Below, piece by piece: positions 18,920 to 24,818 of a stretch of 24,818 bases of DNA; position 1 is the stretch's first letter, and each line of letters opens with the position of its first letter. The DNA is taken from the NCBI GenBank assembly GCA_964560015.1, contig CAZLKD010000001.1, forward strand, positions 1 through 24,818, in the 5' to 3' direction. Below the pieces are notes generated by a model. It saw nothing but the letters and a program-made list of their open reading frames with translations. It had not been told where the DNA came from and ran no database searches. The position numbers and the translations under genes are program-made. This DNA is from an uncultured Candidatus Peribacteria bacterium (GTDB taxonomy: Bacteria; Patescibacteriota; Gracilibacteria; BD1-5; JAGOOR01).

Positions 18920-21265
18920 ATGCTCGATTTTTGAATACTAGGCATGAATGCGAGGAACCTCCTCTACATAAAAAAATTTAATAATAAAAAATCGATTTCA
19001 CTTGCTGACAGTAAAATAAAGACCAAGACATATCTCTCAGCTCGTTGAGTCCCCTTTGCAGAAACATTTGCCGTCATACAATCAAAGGCAGACCTACAAA
19101 ATTGGAAATTCTCGAGCATCACTTCTGACCACTTTGTTATAAAACCGAATGAGGGAAGTAAAGGTAACGGCATACTCGTACTCGAGAGAAAAGGAAATAT
19201 TTTTTTTGATCAAGAGAGATCATACAATGAGTCAGAGCTGAGAGCTCATATGACGGATATATTAGATGGTGCTTTTTCTATTTCTGGAGGCTACGATACA
19301 GTCTTAATAGAAGAGAAACTCTTACCTGACGAGTCATTTCGACATTTTTGTCAGTATGGATTAGCAGATATCCGTGTCATCGTATTTAATCTCGTTCCTG
19401 TGGCAGCGATGGTGAGAATGCCTACAATGATTTCAGGATGAAGAGCTAATCTCGCTCAAGGTGGAGCTGGTTTTGGGATAGATGTCACAACAGGTGAAAT
19501 ACATTCATTTTTCCAACATAAGACACTCCATCATAACATATTCCCAGAGAAATATAGATTTCTCCGAGGGAAAAAAATAGGATATTGGAATGATATCCTG
19601 CTCTTCTCTTCTCAGATTCAGATATTTGCAAATCTAGGCTATCTCGCTCTCGACTGGGTCATCACCCCCACATGACCGAAATTACTCGAGCTCAACGCCC
19701 GAGCTGGTCTCGAAGTGCAAAACGTCAATGGCATCGCTCTCCGATCTCGGCTACGAAAAGTAGAAAATTTACGCATTACTGACCCTGTAAAATGAGTCGA
19801 AATTGCTCATTCTCTTTTTCAAGAAGCCCCGATTTTTCATATTCAGGAAAATAAAATCCTCTATACAAAACAAAAATGATCTATTCGTCAGTGAGAGCAT
19901 AAATATGAAAACATAGATATACAGGTTGATCTCCAAACCCCCTCAGCAAGAGGTAATGGAGATTTCATGGATCCAAGCAATGGAGATACTTATAAGATAG
20001 CATCGTACGATGGTGCAGAAATAACACTTCCCTCAATAGTATTCGATGGAACACTCTCACCTCAAACACTTATACTCGGTACTGCAGACATCAGAGATTA
20101 CTATTTGAAACCCTCCACATCACCACACTACGATGTAGTGTATCGATATACTACATCTCATTGGCCTCAGATCATACTCGATATCGATGAAAATCTCTAC
20201 AAATTAAGCAAAAGGGTCAACCTCTCTTATTTCCTCAAGCCAACTAATTATTATCAAGAACTCGACACTTTTATCTCTGCACAAGGCCTCTATAATCCTA
20301 TCTTTCAGTATGATTTTCCAGAAAAAATATTTTTTGAAAAATGTAGTGCTGATATAAAAGAACTCCGCGCATCCTTGATAAAAATGGGCGCCGAATATAC
20401 CACTCTGGCTCAGATATTCTGAGAAAAACTAACGGAAATAGAGTTCAAGTGTGAGCTCCTCAGATGATACTCTCGAGAGAATCCAGCCATCATACATGAT
20501 GCAAATAATGCCCTCTTTGGCGAACTCGATGATACAATCATGGCACTTGCTCAGGAGAAAGTCCTGACACTGAGCGACGTCCAAAAAAACCAAAAGAAAG
20601 TCAGAGGGAAACTCCTCTCTCCGGATGAAATTTTTGAGGGAGTGACACAATATTGCCGAGAACACAATTTCTCTGATATACCTGTTGCATTTCGAGATAA
20701 AAACTTTGCACGCATATCCATCTCATATGGAAAACGTATACGGATCAACCTGTCAAAAAATGCACGCATATACGCAAGAGAGCTCCCCGCTATTCTCGCC
20801 CACGAGATATGAGTGCATCTCCAGAGGCATCTCTCGTGACAATCTGCTGGACTAAAAATATTTCAGTATTGAACTGGATTTTATATTCAAGACGAGGAAT
20901 GACTCGCTATCTATGAATCGCTCAAACACCTTCCAGAAGGATATGAAAAAAATGCTATGTATATCAAATACTACCTCGCTTTTACTGCAAAAACGATGAA
21001 TTTTTCTGATTTGGCACGTCTCATGCAGAGCCTCTATCCAGAAAAATCACAAGAACAAATTTTCTCAGATGCATGTCGTGTAAAACGAGGCATCAAACAC
21101 ACACAAAGAACTTGAATCCTGTGATATATGAAGGATACAATTTACCTCCCTGGATACCTGCGATTAAAAAAATGGATAGAGTCAGGAGAGGACCCCTATA
21201 TGCTCTTCCAGGCAAAAATAAAAATAGCTGATATACCTCTCGTCAAGCCATTTTTTAATTCTTAA
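18920..21265 (+). CDS. Fusion of alpha-L-glutamate-ligase-like (ATPgrasp_ST) ATP-grasp, degenerate retropepsin-like domain and DUF1704/MATCAP-like metallopeptidase (781 aa)
   Basis: GILGMNARNL, VIKPNEGSKGNGI, ADIRVI, ANLAQGG, LELNARAGL; then HEI(TGA)VH at 20801-20818, EE(TGA)LA at 20894-20908, RVKRG and KDTIYLPG. One continuous frame to TAA 21263-21265. Confidence 0.88.
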
Positions 21266-21275
21266 ATCATTCTAC

Positions 21276-22792
21276 ATGAAAAAAATAGCTCTCCTACTAT
21301 CCCTTTTCTCAATTATATGATCTTCTTGGGCTCAAGAAATACCAAAAAATAATGTAGATACAATTACTAGCTGTTCGTCCTCAAAGGCGATAAGCAAGTA
21401 CGACAAGAAACCTCTCGTGAGTATTTCGTAACTCCGTGAGATACGAGTATTGATATACCAAAAAAGGTAATCTACACTCTCAAAAAAAATAATAAAAAAG
21501 TTGAAATAGTTTCTCGAGAAAAATATACAATTTATTTTGATGTACCAGGTGACATGATACTAACAGCGGAGGTACAGTATGGTGATAATTGTCAGACAAC
21601 CCTCTCCAAGGATATAAAGGTATTCCCTTACGCAATCGCCTACATCGGTGACAAAAATTCAGTAAAAACACCGGCAACAGATGCCGATACTCCTGGCTTT
21701 GTCGCAGATACGTTGAAAAAACGAAACATACTTTTCTATGAGCTCACTCCTCCCCCATCACAAGCATCTATTTCGTTTCAGGAATTCGATGATTTTATAA
21801 CGAAAAACATCAAGACTATTGAAGATAGCGATGTCATTATCATTAACTCTGTCAATTTTTTATCTCTTTTTGATTCTCTCGCAAAAATCGTCAACATATC
21901 CGATATAAAATCTCTTTCATCAAAGCACATATTTGTCATTTCAGATACCAACGAGTCTTTTCTCGCAAAAATTCTTGGACAATCTATAGGACATCTCGGT
22001 ATTTCAGGGGTTTCGCTCGTTCAACCCTCGGCCCTGTTTGAATTGTTACTGCAGATTACTCCCGATAATCTGACTTTTGGGAAAATGGTATCCTACTCAA
22101 CAGAGACATTTTCTTATTCACTTTCTCGATTTCTTGAATTTCTCCTCTACTTTGGTTTTTGATATAGCTTTCTGTGATTGCTTCTCAAGGTCAGCATAGT
22201 CGTACTCGTGCTCAACTTCCTCAAACAAGTCATCTGAGTGCATATATTTAGCATCTATAACCCCCTCTTTTTGGCTCTTTGTTTTGCAATTTTTGGTATC
22301 GGACTCACTTCGATATTCCTCTTTATTGCTTTTCTTTCGACCCGTATTATCAATCTCATCACAACACATCTACCTCTTCTCTATAATACACGGAGGTCCC
22401 TCCTCATAACACTTTATGTCCTCTTATCATTGATTTTTCTCGGTCTAGATATCATATTCCATATCGAGCTGGTCGATTACGATATATTTGCAAATATATT
22501 TAGCATATTTCCATTTCTATTTCTCATCATGGTAGCTGATAAAATATTTCATGAGGATATCAATATATGGAGTCGACCAGGTTTCATATCATTTGTTCAA
22601 TTCATCATCATATCGCTGGTAACATACAGCATTTTATCTTCTGCAAATTTGCAAGAATTTTTGATTTCTTACCCCGATTCCCTCTTCGCGATTCTTATAC
22701 TGAATTTCCTCATTGGCAGATACACTGGACTCCAACTTTTCGAGTATATACGTTTCACGCCTCTCCTAAAAAAACTCCAAGAAGAAGAATAG
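21276..22792 (+). CDS. Signal peptide, extracellular domain and 7TM (7TM_transglut-like) membrane protein; apparent 1-nt frameshift at ~21370-21428
   Basis: MKKIALLL...WAQE signal-like start in one frame (stop 21429-21431). The main frame opens after TAG 21368-21370 and runs to TAG 22790-22792 with the C-terminal NFLIGRYTGLQLFEYIRF motif. Confidence 0.75.
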
Positions 22793-22815
22793 TATTTACC
22801 CTATAATTTTTTAGT

Positions 22816-23799
22816 ATGCGTCCCATGAATTACTTTTCGATATCGTCCCAGCTTTTGATAGAAGAGGCACAAAAATTCTCACTAAAAACAGAAATACTCG
22901 TCCCAGAAAAAAACCTTTTTATTATTTCACATCAAAATAAATCTGTGATGTTTAAAAGTGTAGATTTTTGAGAGAATTCTTTTCTTTGAGCCAGAATAGC
23001 AGACGATAAAGAGCTCACCTATGTGGTACTCGATCGTTTGGGATACCCTATTGCTTCGACAGTATATCTCGATGCAAAAGACTTCACTTCTACAGGCCTT
23101 GAAAATATACAAATACCTCCTTTCCCTCTTATTATCAAACCTATTGATGAAGCACATGGAAATGGAGTAATGATGAATATTAATAATAAGTTAGAATTGG
23201 AGCAAAAGCTCCATCAATCATTTCGAGCATACCCTCGTTTGATAATCCAGAGGCAAATCACTGGAAAAGAATTTCGCGTCCTCGTCTGTAAAAAGTCTAT
23301 TATCCTCGCCTTATTTCGTCATCCGCCTGTTATAAGGGGAGATGGTATATCAACTATTCTGTCGCTTATTAAAAAAGAAAATTCGACCCATCCTCTTCGC
23401 GGTGAGTGATACAATAAACCTCTCGGACTTATCAAAGTAGACGATGAGCTCCAAAATCATATAGCAAAGTATTGATATATCCTTGAGAATGTTCTCGAGT
23501 CTGGGAAAACTCTAGAGCTTCGAGGAAACTCTAACCTATGAACTGGAGGAACTATAGAAGAAATTACTGATATTCTTCATCCATCAATAAAGAATATGTG
23601 TCTTCATATTGCTGATTTTTTAAAGCTGGGCATCTGTGGTATCGATATTATGTCGACAGATCCGACACTTCCCCTTGTTGAGACTGGGGGTATTGTCTTG
23701 GAGGTGAATGCATCCCCAGGTATTGGGTGAGATCGTGAGCTCACCTCAGTTAATACGGCACAAGAGATACTCAAATGTGTTTTTGATTTACCTCACTAA
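22816..23799 (+). CDS. Stand-alone cyanophycin-synthetase/GshF-like ATP-grasp ligase (327 aa)
   Basis: DDKELT, IIKPIDEAHGNGV, GKEFRVLV, P.IRGDG.STI, SNL(TGA)TGG, CGIDI, LEVNASPG. Confidence 0.85.
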
Positions 23800-24741
23800 A
23801 AGATAGGTAATATAGGCGCTATACATCATCACGAATACGAGTCACTGCCATCTCTCGAGCTGGTTTTTTTGACCAATTAGGAGAGCGAGAAATAAGAGTG
23901 TTGATGCGCCAATACATACTCATATGTCTACAAAAGAGGCTGATTGTATTCGTACAGGACTAATAATAGCCGATGCTCCGAGGACCCAGAAAATATTAAA
24001 TATATTTGATCCGACGATATTACCAACAGCGATATCATTTTGTCCCTTACGTGCTGCAACAATAGAAGTGACGAGCTCGGGAAGAGATGTACCTATCGCA
24101 ACAACAGTAAGCCCTATAATTCTCTCAGACATTCATAAAAGCTCTGCCATATGAACTGCTCCATCAACAAACATATTTCCTCAGACAAAAAGTCCTATCA
24201 AACCACCTGCAATCAAATGAAATGTCATCCAATTTGTGTAGAGTTTTACGCCTTTGTCTTCATTCTCTTCGTCATGACTAATCTGAAAGACGTAATAGAG
24301 AAATATCACGAAAAAGAGAAGAAGCACCAGACCATCAGAGCGACTAATGAGATTATTATCACCCTGACCAAAATAAATATCGGCACCGAGGAGACCAACG
24401 GCAACGATAGCAAGGAGAGAAAATGGTATCTCCTTCCATACTGTTGAATCCCTCACGGGTATGGTAGAAAGAACACTGGTAAGCCCCAGAATCAGAAGAA
24501 TATTTGATATATTTGATCCGACGATATTGCCTAGAGCAATATCGCTATTATTTTTGAAGCTCGCGAAGGTGCTGACTATGAGCTCTGGGAGAGATGTCCC
24601 AAAAGCAACGATGGTAAGACCGATAACTAGACTTGAGATGCCGAATCTTTTTGCAATAGAGACAGAACCAATAACGAGGATATCAGCACCTTTTATCAGT
24701 ATCGCGAGACCCGCTATGAGAAAGAAAATAGATAAAAGCAT
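23788..24741 (-). CDS. yrbG: Ca2+/Na+ antiporter (CaCA family, 317 aa)
   Basis: Two alpha repeats GTSLPEL...GNIVGSNI; continuous through TGA to TAA 23790-23788. Confidence 0.93.
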
Positions 24742-24744
24742 GTG

Positions 24745-24805
24745 AGAATTATATTCACGAGAGCTATAATTCCCAGCAGAGATCTGAAAAAAGATCAGTT
24801 AAGCT
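24745..24805 (-). promoter_or_regulatory. Conserved upstream element of antiporter paralog B
   Basis: Same blocks and pairings as 129-188. Confidence 0.6.
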
Positions 24806-24818
24806 CGGATGGATTCTC

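Noticed and set aside
22816-23799. Calling this gene cphA (cyanophycin synthetase)
   Set aside because: Only the ATP-grasp portion is present; there is no Mur-ligase domain and no cyanophycinase nearby.
24000-24528. Exact 22-nt repeat at 24000-24021 and 24507-24528
   Set aside because: It encodes the conserved NIVGSNI of the two alpha repeats of the CaCA fold, an expected internal duplication.
1202-24741. Many genes appear broken by nonsense codons (mass pseudogenisation)
   Set aside because: Apart from the 7TM frameshift, every interruption is TGA with no frame change, and many fall at conserved Gly positions. This is recoding, not decay.
1-24818. CRISPR array, rRNA, or diversity-generating retroelement
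   Set aside because: No regularly spaced repeats, rRNA-like sequence, reverse transcriptase or TR/VR pair was seen by eye.

Overview
This 24.8 kb bacterial window is read in genetic code 25 (TGA = Gly), which points to a CPR host (Gracilibacteria or Absconditabacteria). The supplied code-11 ORF track is therefore fragmented. Reading TGA as Gly joins the fragments into about 23 genes that end in TAA or TAG; all coordinates and counts below come from manual translation. From left to right: (1) the 5' end of a Ca2+/Na+ antiporter gene with a conserved structured upstream element; (2) a tRNA 3' fragment plus terminator; (3) a tight six-gene AT-rich operon encoding a membrane-anchored GrpE-like protein, an 837-aa atypical Hsp70, a J-like protein lacking HPD, a single-pass coiled-coil protein, an AAA+ ATPase and a small membrane protein; (4) a phage-like module with ParB-MTase, MTase, TerS-like, TerL and a large serine recombinase but no portal, capsid or tail gene; (5) a copper cluster (copA, membrane protein, HMA-DsbD_2, cupredoxin, csoR); (6) two more tRNA-like 3' ends with terminators, one a diverged direct repeat of the left one, bracketing about 18.4 kb; (7) an operon with an ATP-grasp ligase fused to a DUF1704/MATCAP-like peptidase, a frameshifted 7TM protein and a second ATP-grasp; (8) a second antiporter paralog with the same upstream element. 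The best candidates for an undescribed system are the Hsp70 operon and the ligase-peptidase fusion operon. No CRISPR array, rRNA or intact tRNA was seen.
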